The notes beneath the pieces were generated by a model. That model did not search any database. It was not told where the DNA came from and saw only the letters and a program-made list of their open reading frames with translations. A program made the translations under genes and the position numbers. This document shows, in pieces, positions 38,059 through 49,777 of a stretch of DNA of 64,000 nt (positions within the stretch are counted from its first letter, which is position 1; each line of letters begins with the position of its first letter). Source of the stretch: Lingula anatina (lineage: Eukaryota > Animalia > Brachiopoda); contig CM120647.1 in the NCBI GenBank assembly GCA_051362555.1, positions 7,936,001 through 8,000,000 on the forward strand. The letters run 5' to 3'.

Positions 38059-38732
38059 TTCTCATGCCAAATAAATTATGACTAGGCACGTTAGGGCTGA
38101 TTTGACTCATTTCCTATGCCACAAAGATGATTATTATATAATTGCAGTGATATTTACAAAGTAGAGGAAAAGCATTGATAAAGGAATGAATTCCTTCGTG
38201 ACAAGAGGATTTATATTCTAGACGTACCTGTACAACAAGGAGGAGGGAAGTCTGAAGAAACTTTTTGTTGGAATATTTTTTTTGTTTTTTCCTACTTTGT
38301 GATAATTGAAGAATTGAAACATTGTGTTGTATCATTGTTATAATTATTTTTTCATTATTAAACAGGGCTTCTACTTACCTTGAAGACCCTTTGAATTATT
38401 TGTTTATTGTAGAGTGTTAAATAGAGCAATTTCTCACCAAATTTGAACAAAAATTTGATCAATTATATTGATTGAAAAATGTTTAAAAATTGGTTACAAT
38501 TCTGACAGGAGCCATTATTGTGAAAGGCAAAAAGTTTTAAAACTTGAAAATATCCAGTGTTTTAACAACTGAATGTTTAAATTTTTGACCCCTATGAGAA
38601 AACGAGTAGAGACATATAAGCTGTCTTTAAGAGATAGTTCTAGTGTAGAATAGTGTATTATAGTGTGAATTACATAGATTAGATTTCATACAGTGTATGT
38701 GGACAGTTGAAGAGTACTGAGTGTACATACTT

Positions 38733-39147
38733 TACCCTGCCACCATATCTAGCAGTAAAAAAAGGCCCATATTGGGTCAGTATTGGTTAGACTGAGTCTT
38801 ATCCGGGTTGGCCGTGGGTCATAAGTGGGTTGACTACGAATCTCAGTTGGTTTAGTTGTGAGTTCCATTTGGAGTAAACAACAGGTTCCATTTTGTTAGG
38901 ACATCGGATTCAAGTGGGTTGAACATTGATCTAAATTTGGCTAAAGCCACAGACCAATGAAAATCAACTTAAAACAGACCGAAAATAATATTTGGATTGA
39001 GAGAAAACCTTTTTGACCCAATGTTTAGACCCCCCCCCTCACTCAAAAAAAAAAAAATTAATAAATAAAAATAAACACCTACAGGCCTACTATTAAGATC
39101 TTTATAATAAACCAGTCTTAAACCATGCTATATGTGCTGGCTGGGTA
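38733..39147. mobile_element. Possible degraded TA-CCCAGC-terminal DNA element
   Basis: taccctgccaccatat ... atatgtgctggctgggta imperfect inverted ends. Confidence 0.35.
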
Positions 39148-41633
39148 GTATTGGTACCTAAATAATGTCTTAACTGATGAGCACATGTTCTTGAACAGCT
39201 GCCAGAAAGAAACAGGAGGCCAATCCATGACATATGGCACCAATGACTGGTTCATTTTTAAATGGATATGTATATTGCCTTTTGGTCACAGTTGTTTTTT
39301 TCCTCCTTCTAGTATATTTTTTATTTCATTTATTATTTTTTTAGTTGAAATGATTTAGATTCTAAAGTAAATATCTTCAATACGTTTCCACAGGTCATGT
39401 TTTGATTTTGTTTTTCATCCTTTACCATAAGACCATTTTATTTCAAGGTTTGTAATTAAACTGTGGGAGATCTTATTTTGAAAACATGAAAAAAAAATTG
39501 ACTGCCTTGATGCACCTTCCTGTGGGGTGCTTTTCGTGACAAAAAATTGAAATTGGTATAGCTTGATTAAAGATATACTTGTGCAATTTGAAACGGTCCT
39601 TAAATACTGTACTCTTTAATTAGTACCTCTGTAGGATTAATGCAGGGTCACATGATTTCAATATTGGTCATGTGACCCTGACAGCCCTGCCCCCTAGTGG
39701 AGGGTGTGGTCAATGCTCTGATGCAAGTCATAATGATACTTTATAAACATGATTAAATTAACTTAATAAACTTAATAAAACTAAAAGTACTAATTGCTGA
39801 AAAGGGTTATTATTATTATTATTATTATTATTATAACTTTGGAACTTCTTTTTCCACTCATGTTCCTTAATACCACTTTCTAACATCCACAATTTTAGTA
39901 TTTTTTTTTCTGGATTTTTATATTTTTTTTTAATCGTCTGAATTCATCTGAACTTATAGGTCTTCTTTTTTACTTGTCAGAATGCAGCACAAACTGTTTA
40001 AGTTTATTATAACCAATCAAAAGACTTGCCTCATTTGCCCCTAACCATGAACATGGGGGGTTGGGGTGGTCATGGTGATGTTGTCATGGTGACGCTGACT
40101 GTTTAGATGTTCTAGGCTTTGTATTAACATGTGTCAAAATGAAAGACTCCAATTATTTCATATCAGGTTGTTTCACCTGTTTATTATGTAACAATCCCTT
40201 TGAGAAGGCACTGTTTCTACTATTTATTCTTTTAAGAAATGTTTGAAAATACTAGTACTGTAGATGTTTAATTTATTGATGTATTTGAGCAAGTGCAATG
40301 GAAAAAGCAGTTTGTGCAGTTATATCTATAGTTGTCTTTATGGCATTTGTTTGGAGCTTCTTTTTCTATTAATACCTCTTATGTTATTTTATAAGACACT
40401 TTTGCATATTTAAGTGCAAAGGCATCTTGAATGTTTATACAATTTTGTAAGGTTTGAGGAATTTATTTCCTGTAATGACAACATTAGGAATAGTCACCCC
40501 AAACAGTTGTTGGAAAAATACCTTGCATGAAAGTTCATTTCATATTTGCTGAAGTAAGAAAAAGCTGTGACTGTAGTCTGTATTTCAAAGTTGCATGTTT
40601 ATCAGACACCAATGCATACAGAAGAAAGAGAATAAGTATTTGAATATTTTATCTCAATGTTATGCTTTATGCTAAAAAGGAATATTTCTTTTGGCATATG
40701 AATTTAATAGAAGTCAAAGGTATTTCATATTATATCACCAATAAAAAACCCATAGTTTTGACTTTCTCCAATGTTAAATATCCCTTTTGCTTTACTACTA
40801 AGAACTTTGGATTGTGTTTTAAAGTAAATGATAATTAAATAGTGCATGAACAATGTATTATACAGAAGCATACTGCTCATTTGTGTATCAGTGATTCTTC
40901 AGTTTTATTTCTGTTGTTGGACATGACAAAAATCTCTTGTTGGCACACCTGTTTTTATTTGTCACCACATTCCATCTTTAAAAATCTTTTCATCAAACAG
41001 TTTGAAATAAAAAAATGGTATTCCCCCCAATTTTGTCAAAGTTTAATCTTTTTAAAAGAAAACAAAAAATGTGTCATTTTAAGTGTAGATTTATGTCACC
41101 AAAATTGCATTTTTTTCATCCATCCCAGATTTTAATGGCATTAATTTATTTGAGTTCATTGCATAGGTTTGGTGCCATAGGCAGGGTTAATTTGCCCACC
41201 AGGGGGTGCAGATGTGCTCTTGCATAAAACAGTTAGACTCAATGTGGTGCCCTCTAGTGCATATCATCTGATTTTTCATCAAGTAATTTATATTTCACTC
41301 GCTGCATTTGTCATTACGCATGAAGATACATTGACAGTTACACAGTTAAATTAATTATTTATATTTATTTATTTGAATGTTTGTTGCTGTCTGCTGTTGC
41401 TGCTCGTATTTGTTCAATCTGTTCAGTCAGAGGTGAGAAATATAATCTGACATTGTATTTTCTTTAAATTTTGTTTTGTGAATTTGTTTGATGAATATAT
41501 ATAGATATAGATATAGATTGCCAGTGTTTGTATATTGTAGATTGTAAATAATTGTATTTGCATGATAAGTACATGTAGCTGTGGCATCATCATGGTTGAA
41601 CAAAGACCATTTTATTTAGCTATATAACAATTT

Positions 41634-41639
41634 AATAAA
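41634..41639 (+). terminator. Candidate distal poly(A) signal of RIM
   Basis: AATAAA after a long U-rich UTR-like tract and before a composition change; other AATAAA sites exist upstream. Confidence 0.35.
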
Positions 41640-42659
41640 ATTGGGCCGTTTTATTGAATGATTTTATACAGTTTTCATTTCCCATGAATAAGAAAGGGGG
41701 GGGGGTGCTTTCAACGTGACGAATTATATCTTTTATAACCGGTTTAAAAAAAATTTGGATTTCAATGCACTAGTACCACAGCATAATGAAGGGAAGGACA
41801 ACAATTTTCTAAACCACTTTTTTTACTATAAATTCTACCATATTGGCATGTCTAAAATAACGTGCAAGATTATATAACACTTTGTTAGTAAAATATTTTT
41901 GGGAAAAAATCATACAACTTACCGGTAACTCCACTGGAAACACTTGGTAGCCTAATTATTCCACCGAGCTATACCCGTACTCGCTGGGCTACTGCCACTC
42001 CCCTGATCCTTCAGGCGTCCGATGAGCCTACCCTAGGTTCTAGATTCCGGTATTGCCAGCTCGATCTTGATTTCATATATAACCCATGTCGCAATTCGTA
42101 AAAGCGACTCCACCACGAGGTATATTTAGCAAGCTAGCTTTTACGTTTCTCTGACACTCAGGGTAGATGAGCCCAACATTCCGTCCTATCTCCTTTTGTG
42201 AACAAAAATAAATTGTGTCTTTCACTGCTATAATTAAATTATAACTATCTTGGTTACATAGATCAGACCCTGGGAATCAGTGCCAGAAAGGGGGGTGGGC
42301 GAGGGAAACTTGTCCAATTTCGAATCCCCCCGCCTCCCGCTTTGGTCGAGATTTCAACAGCAAGTGCCGTGGGATACTTGCAACTGAAATTCTTCGATCA
42401 TACCTCCAATCATTAATATTGAAGGTGTGCTGTAACGCGTTTTAGAATGCCCAGAAATAACTTATAAATGTCATTGTATTCTTAAAAAATACTTAATTGT
42501 ATCTTTACCAAATTAGATCTTGAAAATGGTAAAACCCGTCAAACAAAAGTACTCAATTACGATATTCCTCTGAAATACCAGGAAGGCTCGTGGCGGTCTT
42601 CATTAAACTTAATGTATTATAATTCGTTTAGACTTCAGTTATTTCATTTTGTGTGTGTT

Positions 42660-42695
<36 letters not shown>

Positions 42696-43283
42696 CGGGA
42701 ATGGCTAACTCAATTCAGGTGGCTGGTTCAAAGTTTATTCTGACATCCAAACGAATAAAATAGCATAAAATAAAAACCCTAAAAAAGATGTACAGCGATA
42801 TTTACAATACAGTCGAAATAAATAAATAATACTGATAATTTAACATGTTTTTGTTAAATTAAGAAATACTAGTCTTACTATAAATGACAGATTACACGTA
42901 TATAGATTTACACAGCGCTAACTCGCACATACTCCAATGTCCGAGAAGGGGTTGTAAGTGACTAAGACGGGGGGATAAACTAGAGGGTTCTGTAATCTGA
43001 GGCTGAAAGAAAAATGCATAAGAATAGTGGAAAATACATCTATAGTTAAGGTGATAAGAAATACGATCAGAGAGCAATGAAATACCAGAGCAACTAACTT
43101 ACCAACACAAGCCACAAGTCTTAGCCTTTCCACCGTCTCAGTGCTCGAAATTGGCGCGCACATATTTTATATAGTGAAAGGTCACGTGATAGAAGATAAG
43201 TTGTCAAAGGATGTGAAGGTACTTAGTAGTCACGAGAGTCAACGTAAAGGTATTCAGAGAACAACCAAGTATATCCCATGGTC

Positions 43284-43318
<35 letters not shown>

Positions 43319-43390
43319 CGGGGCCAGGAGCTCTACCTCTCGTCCAACCGCTAAGTGACTATGAGGACCAAGCGGGGAGACAGCAAGTAC

Positions 43391-43533
43391 CAGGGGCGGA
43401 TTCAGAGATATTTTCTGACAGTCTTCCAAATTATCTTTGTTGATCCATTCTTCTTTTTTGACCGTCTTCCGACAAAAAAATTAGATACCCGTCAATGTTA
43501 ACATGAAAATCTGACCGTCTTCCGGAAGACCCA
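43391..43533 (+). mobile_element. CAGGGG-TIR MITE, copy 4 (3' truncated)
   Basis: Homologous to the 13782 copy; lacks right TIR. Confidence 0.8.
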
Positions 43534-44154
43534 GGTCGAAACAACCGATAAGTCCTCCTCCGGGGGCGGACGCTCAACTTCACAAGGCTATTAGGCTATT
43601 AGTCAATAAAAGCAATAATGATGATAATAATAATAATAATAACCTAGAAATATTAATCTCCCCTTTATCACCCTATCCATAAAAAATGCACGGCTTCCAG
43701 ATCCTACAAAAGCTGAATTTCATTCCCAATAATTGGGAATTACTGCTGCAGCGCCGCTCTGTGCCACCAAAACAACTGAATGAACTTTGATCTGCAATTT
43801 TATATATTTTGTAATACGTAAAAGGTAATTTGAAGTATATTATCACCCCCGGATAATTTCTCGCTTTATCAAATAATGAGCGCAAATCATCTGGCTCTTT
43901 CGTTTATGCTGGTAACTTTTGTAACGACCAGCCATTTTCATGTTCTAAAGTGGAAGTAAATTTCCCATCATCTCCTTAAAACATTACAATAATAAATTAC
44001 AACTGTCCTATCGAGGTATCATTTTGTTTCACAATGAGAGAAAACCCTCATTTATTCTTGACAAGGTGGTGCATAATTTCTGCGCTCTAGTATTTTGTAC
44101 AATTATTCTCCATTACAAAATTATCGATACACTGTGAACGGCGAATTACCCAGT

Positions 44155-44161
44155 TATAAAA
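44155..44161 (+). promoter_or_regulatory. Candidate TATA box of the Cys-rich peptide gene
   Basis: TATAAAA ~130 nt upstream of ATG 44283. Confidence 0.45.
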
Positions 44162-44282
44162 CCCCTAAAATAGAAGTGGTACCCAATAGCTTGTGAGCCA
44201 CTAGCTGATCCAGAACAAAGCTTTGTTCTTTTCGTCGAGGGCCTGCTGCATAGTAATCCGCACCCAACCCACCCACTACACA

Positions 44283-44483
44283 ATGAAGCTGCTGCTTGCT
44301 CTAACATTGGTCTGCGTGTTGTTCTTTCTCAGCGACGTGCGAGCGTCCTATGTCGACTGCAGAGGGTGTTCTCAGGATGAATGCAAGTGTAAAGATTGGT
44401 GCCTGCCCCCTCCGCCGGCTCCTAAGGGAGTGAAACCAGTGCCAATGCCTTGCTATACGACTTGCCTTTGCAAGGACCAGTGG
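44283..44483 (+). CDS. Secreted 8-Cys peptide, exon 1 (MKLLLALTLVCVLFFLSDVRA-SYVDCRGCSQDECKCKDWCLPPPPAPKGVKPVPMPCYTTCLCKDQW)
   Basis: acaATG context, classic signal peptide ending V-R-A, even Cys number, GC-rich island, perfect donor tgg|gtaagt. Confidence 0.85.
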
Positions 44484-44493
44484 GTAAGTGTAA

Positions 44494-44731
44494 CGGTGCA
44501 TTCCCAGAGATTTAGATCGATCCAGAGATTTAGATTAAGATCGACCTAACTCCCACTTCTATACCAGGGGGTTCGCGTTAAATTGCAGTCAGCCGAGCGA
44601 GCACCATAGTTAATTACCCCCTTACAGCTTTTAGTAGGCGGGACAGATGCTTTTAAGCCGGGTAAGCTGACAGTAATCTTGTGAGACTCCCCACAGGGAT
44701 AGATCGATATAAAATCTATGGGAATGGGGTC
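44494..44731. mobile_element. PIF/Harbinger-like MITE
   Basis: Homologous to 36871-37097; TSD taa. Confidence 0.85.
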
Positions 44732-44872
44732 TAAGTTTATGGTACTAGGCCTATTAAGAGTGCATTCAGCACAGATGTGAGACTCCCCACAGGGATAGAT
44801 CGATATAAAATCTATGGGAATGGGGTCTAAGTTTATGGTACTAGGCCTATTAAGAGTGCATTCAGCACAGAT
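44681..44872. repeat. Perfect 96-bp tandem duplication
   Basis: gtgagactcc...gcacagat at 44681 and again at 44777. Confidence 0.92.
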
Positions 44873-45149
44873 GATCCGCAAACTAACTGATTCGCCAATT
44901 GAATAAGGCCTACCCCACTAAAAAGCAAACCGCACTAGTTAATCCCCTGATGGTGACTCGCCTTCACACGCGCCATTAAACGGATTATTAAATCTCGGCT
45001 CATTGGTTTAATTGCTAGGTCCCTGAAGGAATGTCGCGTATGGAGCCGCGGAGACCATCAGCGGATTACTCGGCTTTGCTTTTATGTGGGTCGGCCATAT
45101 TTGATCCGCAGATCTGTTAGTCGGCGGATCAACTTGTTGTGAATGACTC
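44853..45149. mobile_element. Palindromic MITE (AGAGTGCATTCA ends)
   Basis: gcattcagcacagatgatccgc ... gcggatcaacttgttgtgaatg inverted ends. Confidence 0.6.
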
Positions 45150-45150
45150 A

Positions 45151-45326
45151 AGAGCGCATTCAGAACGGCGGACTATTAGATTTGCGGGGTCAAATATGGC
45201 GACCCATTAAAAAGGTTGTTGCTTAATTCCCGATTAGACACTGAATAGATTCCCCGCGGGGATTTAGCAGAGGCTCGGCCATATTTAATCCACTGATCTA
45301 TTAATCCGCTGTTCTTAATGCGCTCT
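45151..45326. mobile_element. AGAGCGCATTCAGAAC-TIR MITE
   Basis: Homologous to 30943-31129. Confidence 0.78.
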
Positions 45327-45699
45327 TAAATGATTGTTGATTATAAAGCACATGTAGGTCTTCTTCACAAAGCGAGCGCTTTTATCTTAATTGCCCTCGT
45401 AATACAGATTGGAACTGATGAATTTCACTTGTCACGGCAAAAATATGAAACTTCGAACTTGAAAACGCTTTTATAGAATTTTGTAAACAGTTTTAGACGG
45501 GGTATACGCTAACGATATACGGCAAACAGTTAAAATGTCCAGGAAAGTATTTTTGCTATTTAAAGGACAAGCGCGCATTGTATGTTGACAAATATTCACC
45601 CGTTACTTCACAGTACAGTGGGACTTTATCTCTCAAATTTGAATAAAAAACGCCACGTCCAGAGCTTCTTCTTTTCCGTTTGTAGGTACCAGTACGTTG

Positions 45700-45734
<35 letters not shown>

Positions 45735-45852
45735 ACAAAAAAAAATAATAATAGTAATAATAATGAAAATTAAAAAAAAACTCGAGAAACTATAACTTTG
45801 CGTTAAACTATCTTCCCTATATCATATCAACACTTATATGTTTCAATTCCAG

Positions 45853-45864
45853 TCATCTGAGTGA
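45853..45864 (+). CDS. Probable terminal exon of Cys-rich peptide (SSE*)
   Basis: tttcaattccag|tca tct gag tga, phase 0; ATTAAA ~185 nt downstream. Confidence 0.45.
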   Translation, partial: SSE

Positions 45865-46106
45865 GATGTGTAACGCATGATCAGTCCATGTGGCCACGCA
45901 GCCTAGAGCAATACGAAGAAGAAGGGAAACTACACCCGTGCTTCGTGAATATTTTCAGTGATTCCTGAATGAAATTTCCTAAATCCGCCACTGATTACAG
46001 GCATCCCAACCAACATTAATTTCTTCATTATCTGAGTACACGGACACATTAAAGGGCCCAGGATTTACTGAAGCGTAGGAGGCACACGGAAACTTTACTT
46101 CTATAC

Positions 46107-46275
46107 CAGGCCCGTAGCCAGCAATTTCAAAGGGGGGGGTTCTTTTTCTGAAAAAGTGTACCTTTTAATGAAAAATCCCCATGTACTTATGTCAAATTTT
46201 ACCCAGAGTGGACCTTTTTCAGCACAAAAGGGGGGTTCTTTCGAACCCCCCGAACCCCCCCTGGCTACGGGCCTG
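46107..46275. mobile_element. hAT-like MITE
   Basis: Perfect 15-bp TIRs caggcccgtagccag / ctggctacgggcctg; flanks tatac / tctac. Confidence 0.85.
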
Positions 46276-47149
46276 TCTACTAATGCATTTATCCATTCAT
46301 TTGTTTTGCCTAGAGAGAGGCATTTTACTTACATGAGAAGAAGTTGTTTGCAATTTAGCTGTGTGTCGAGCGCTTCACTTGCTATACCGTTTTATTTACT
46401 GTAGTACTTTTTTTATGTGGATGCACGGTTGTGTTGGGGTGAGGGGGGTCATCAAAAACTACAAAATTTAAAGTAATGGCTCGATCATTTCAACCGGGGA
46501 AAAATGTCAGTTTTGGATTCATTAATAATTCCTGTAACATTTTAGTGCTTTTACTGTATAAAATACAACCAATAGGTTGTCGGCTTTGCAATTATGTTGC
46601 TACCGCTAAATAGTTATACCTGGGTGTCCTTTCATCCTCTCGACTTTGTGGTTAATCAGTATATGCATGTTCACGGGAGAAGCACCCATTTGATGCCGAA
46701 AATGAAAACCCTTTCTAAATCTCCGACTGGAAACACTACAGACCTGTTTGTTGCATTTTGTAGAGCTTGTCAAGCGCAAATGTTAGTGTTGTCCGTTTTT
46801 GTTTTTTTTATCAAAAACAACAACATCGCGAAGCTTAATGGTGTTTTTTTTTTTCAAAAAATAAAATGTGATATATAAAAAAAGAGACAACCATAGGTAC
46901 AAATGCACTGTTAATTTGATTAAGATTTTATGTATTTGCAATATTTTAATTAATTAATTAAAACGTGACCTCCGATTTCACCTTCACTGAAATAAACTTT
47001 TTCTAATTTTCTAGCTCTTATACTAGTATTCCAAAACTAGCAGAGACACACACATAGTTACCATTGAATTAGAATAGGAAATCACAAATTGGGCATCTTA
47101 ATGTGACACTGGGATTTGTAATAGTTATGATATAGTTATTTTAATTTTA

Positions 47150-47387
47150 GGACCCATTTCCACATCCAGATCAATCTAGCAGGATCAACCCATCTCCATG
47201 GAGTTTCTCATCACATTGCATTCAGCTTTAGTGGTCGTGATGTCTGGCACACCTACTGCAGCTGTTAGAGGGTAATTAACTATTGTTTTGCAGCTTCAGT
47301 AGGCGTGCCAGACATCTAAGCTGCTTAAGCTGGATGCAAATTAGTGAGAAACCCGTCGGAGATGGATCATACTTATTGGGCATCTTA
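47150..47387. mobile_element. Degenerate Harbinger-like palindromic MITE
   Basis: Shares core (gtaattaactat, cagct..agtaggcg..cagac) with the 36871 family. Confidence 0.6.
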
Positions 47388-47945
47388 ATTTGACACTGGA
47401 ATTTATAATTATTAATTTATTTATTTCAAGTCTAAATTAAAAATCTGTTCAGTAGACTTCACAATAGGTACAATTATGTGCGGTACATACAATTATAACA
47501 GTTTAACTCCTGGTCATTAAATTTGTATTGGAGACCTCCCCTCTCTGGGGAAGATCCAACCACGTTGGACTTGTTTTTACTAAATAAAGGATTAATCCTT
47601 TGACTTACTTTTCCACAAATGATGCACTTCAATGTTTAAAAAATCCTATTTCTCAAAAACCAAAACAGATACACCCATATCTACCATTTAACTAGAATAA
47701 GTTTTACCTTGCTGATGGATCAAATGGTACAATTTCTGATAAAAAGGGAAAAAATATTAGCACTACCCCTTATTTATGTCTTGTTAATGGATAACATGTA
47801 CCTGATGTAAATTAAGCATTTCCCATGTACTGAAATCTGCATGGCTCAGAGAATGTTGAGTATGAATTTTGTTGACCTAGCAAAATAGCCTTACTGTACC
47901 TGCTTTAGTTTAGATTCAAAAAGCATGTGTATTGGATGATATGTT

Positions 47946-48264
47946 AGTCCCCATTCAGATCGAGAGCAGCCAGGTGCTAGCTAAGCCACGACCTAAATAT
48001 GGCAGACCTACATGAAAGGAAGAATGTTTAATCCTGTAATGGTCTCTCTGCCTCTCACACGGCTCCCCATGCTTTGTCCCTTGACCGGTTGAATTGAACC
48101 CGAGATTTAATTACTGTGCACCTGCAAGGACGATGCATGGGGAGGGGTGAGAAAGGTGGAGAGGCCATTACTAAGGACAGGATTAAGCAGTATTCGTTTC
48201 ATGTAGGTCCACCATATTAATGTCGCAGCTTAGCTAGCACTCGGCTCTTCTTGATCTGAATGCA
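47946..48264. mobile_element. Fold-back palindromic element (~320 bp)
   Basis: cattcagatc..gtgctagctaagc..acctacatgaaa..ttaatcctg mirrored by caggattaa..tttcatgtaggt..gcttagctagcac..gatctgaatg. Confidence 0.8.
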
Positions 48265-48520
48265 TTACATCCTTTGTTACTTTCTAATATCTACACTATG
48301 ATATAGACCAGTTTTAAGGTAAAAAAATCAATGAATTGAAAATCAATGAAATCAAATCTGTTACTTCAGTTAATTCTCTGTCAACAAGAAGCCATATGAT
48401 GAATCACTTTTTTTCACTTTAAAATATTTTCCCTTATCTTAATGCATGAGAATTTATAACTAATAGGTTAGATCAGTGCATCTCAAATTACTCAGATATC
48501 ATTTTATGTCTTCCTACACA

Positions 48521-49777
48521 TTATGCATCAGCGTCTGCAAAAACATTTCTAAACATTGCAACAGGGTATATAACAGGTCCTTCTCCTGGAGCAACATCAT
48601 CTTTCAATTCCTTTTTGACTGCAGCTTCAATACAAAAACCGTTTTGTTCCCTTGTCCCTGGATCTGAATCCTCAATTTGAAATTCTGTCTTTAACTGACG
48701 AGAAGAAACATTCTCACTAAAGCCCCTTTGAGAATATTGGCATTTGAGTGATTTTTCTCCATTGTGGGTTCTTTCATGCTGTGTACAGTTGCTTTTGTCA
48801 CTAAAACTCTTTTCACAGTACAGGCACTTGAAAGGTTTTACTCCAGTGTGGGCCCTTTCATGCGACATGTAACTACTTTTTTTTGTAAACCTCTTTTCAC
48901 AATACTGGCATTTGAATGGTTTCTCTCCAGTGTGAGTCCTTTCATGTGTTATACAGTAGCGTCTCTCAATAAACCTCTTTTCACAATACTGGCATTTGAA
49001 TGGTTTTTCTCCAGTGTGGGTTCTTTCATGTGTTATACAGTTGCTTCTCTCAATAAACCTCTTTTCACAATACTGGCATTTGAATGGTTTTTCTCCAGTG
49101 TGGATCTTTTCATGTAATAAACACTTACTTTTTTCAATAAACCTCTTTTCACAATACTGGCATTTGAAGGGTTTTTCCCCAGTGTGGCTCCTTTCATGTC
49201 GTACACATCCAGGTTTGCTTTTAAAACTTTTTTCACAATACTGACATTTGAATGGTTTTTCTCCAGTGTGGGTCCTTTCGTGCCTTGTACATGCAACTTT
49301 CTCACAAAAACTATTTTCACAATACTGGCATTTAAATGGTTTTTCTCCAGTGTGGGTCCTTTCATGATTCATATATTTACTTATCTCACGAAACCTCTTT
49401 TTGCAATACTCACATTTGAAAGGTTTTTCTGCAGTGTGTTCCCATTCATGTCTTGTACGCTGACTTTTTGTACCAAAATTCTTTTCACAATACTGACATT
49501 TGAATGGTTTTTCTCCAGTGTGGGTCCCTTCGTGCTGTATACATGTGCCTTTCTCACCAAAACTCTTTTCACAGTGCTGGCATTTAAAAGGTTTTTCTCC
49601 AGTGTGTGTCCTTTCATGTCTTGTACGTTTACTTTTTGTAATAAAACTCTTTTCACAATACTGACATTTGAATGGTTTCACTCCAGAGTGAGTTCTTTTT
49701 TGTACCGAGGGCCCATGTAGTATACCCGCGCCATTATGTAACTCCAACACGGTTTTCTTAAAATTTGGTATTTCCAT
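48521..49777 (-). CDS. C2H2 zinc-finger protein, copy 1 (11 fingers + conserved tail)
   Basis: Tandem CxxC..HxxxH with TGEKP linkers; ATG of MEIPNF at 49777 (an upstream exon is not excluded). Confidence 0.88.
   Translation of the reverse strand: MEIPNFKKTVLELHNGAGILHGPSVQKRTHSGVKPFKCQYCEKSFITKSKRTRHERTHTGEKPFKCQHCEKSFGEKGTCIQHEGTHTGEKPFKCQYCEKNFGTKSQRTRHEWEHTAEKPFKCEYCKKRFREISKYMNHERTHTGEKPFKCQYCENSFCEKVACTRHERTHTGEKPFKCQYCEKSFKSKPGCVRHERSHTGEKPFKCQYCEKRFIEKSKCLLHEKIHTGEKPFKCQYCEKRFIERSNCITHERTHTGEKPFKCQYCEKRFIERRYCITHERTHTGEKPFKCQYCEKRFTKKSSYMSHERAHTGVKPFKCLYCEKSFSDKSNCTQHERTHNGEKSLKCQYSQRGFSENVSSRQLKTEFQIEDSDPGTREQNGFCIEAAVKKELKDDVAPGEGPVIYPVAMFRNVFADADA

Noticed and set aside
44546-44881. 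111-aa ORF with a 32-aa duplication
   Set aside because: Spans MITE sequence and the 96-bp tandem duplication; no coding signature.
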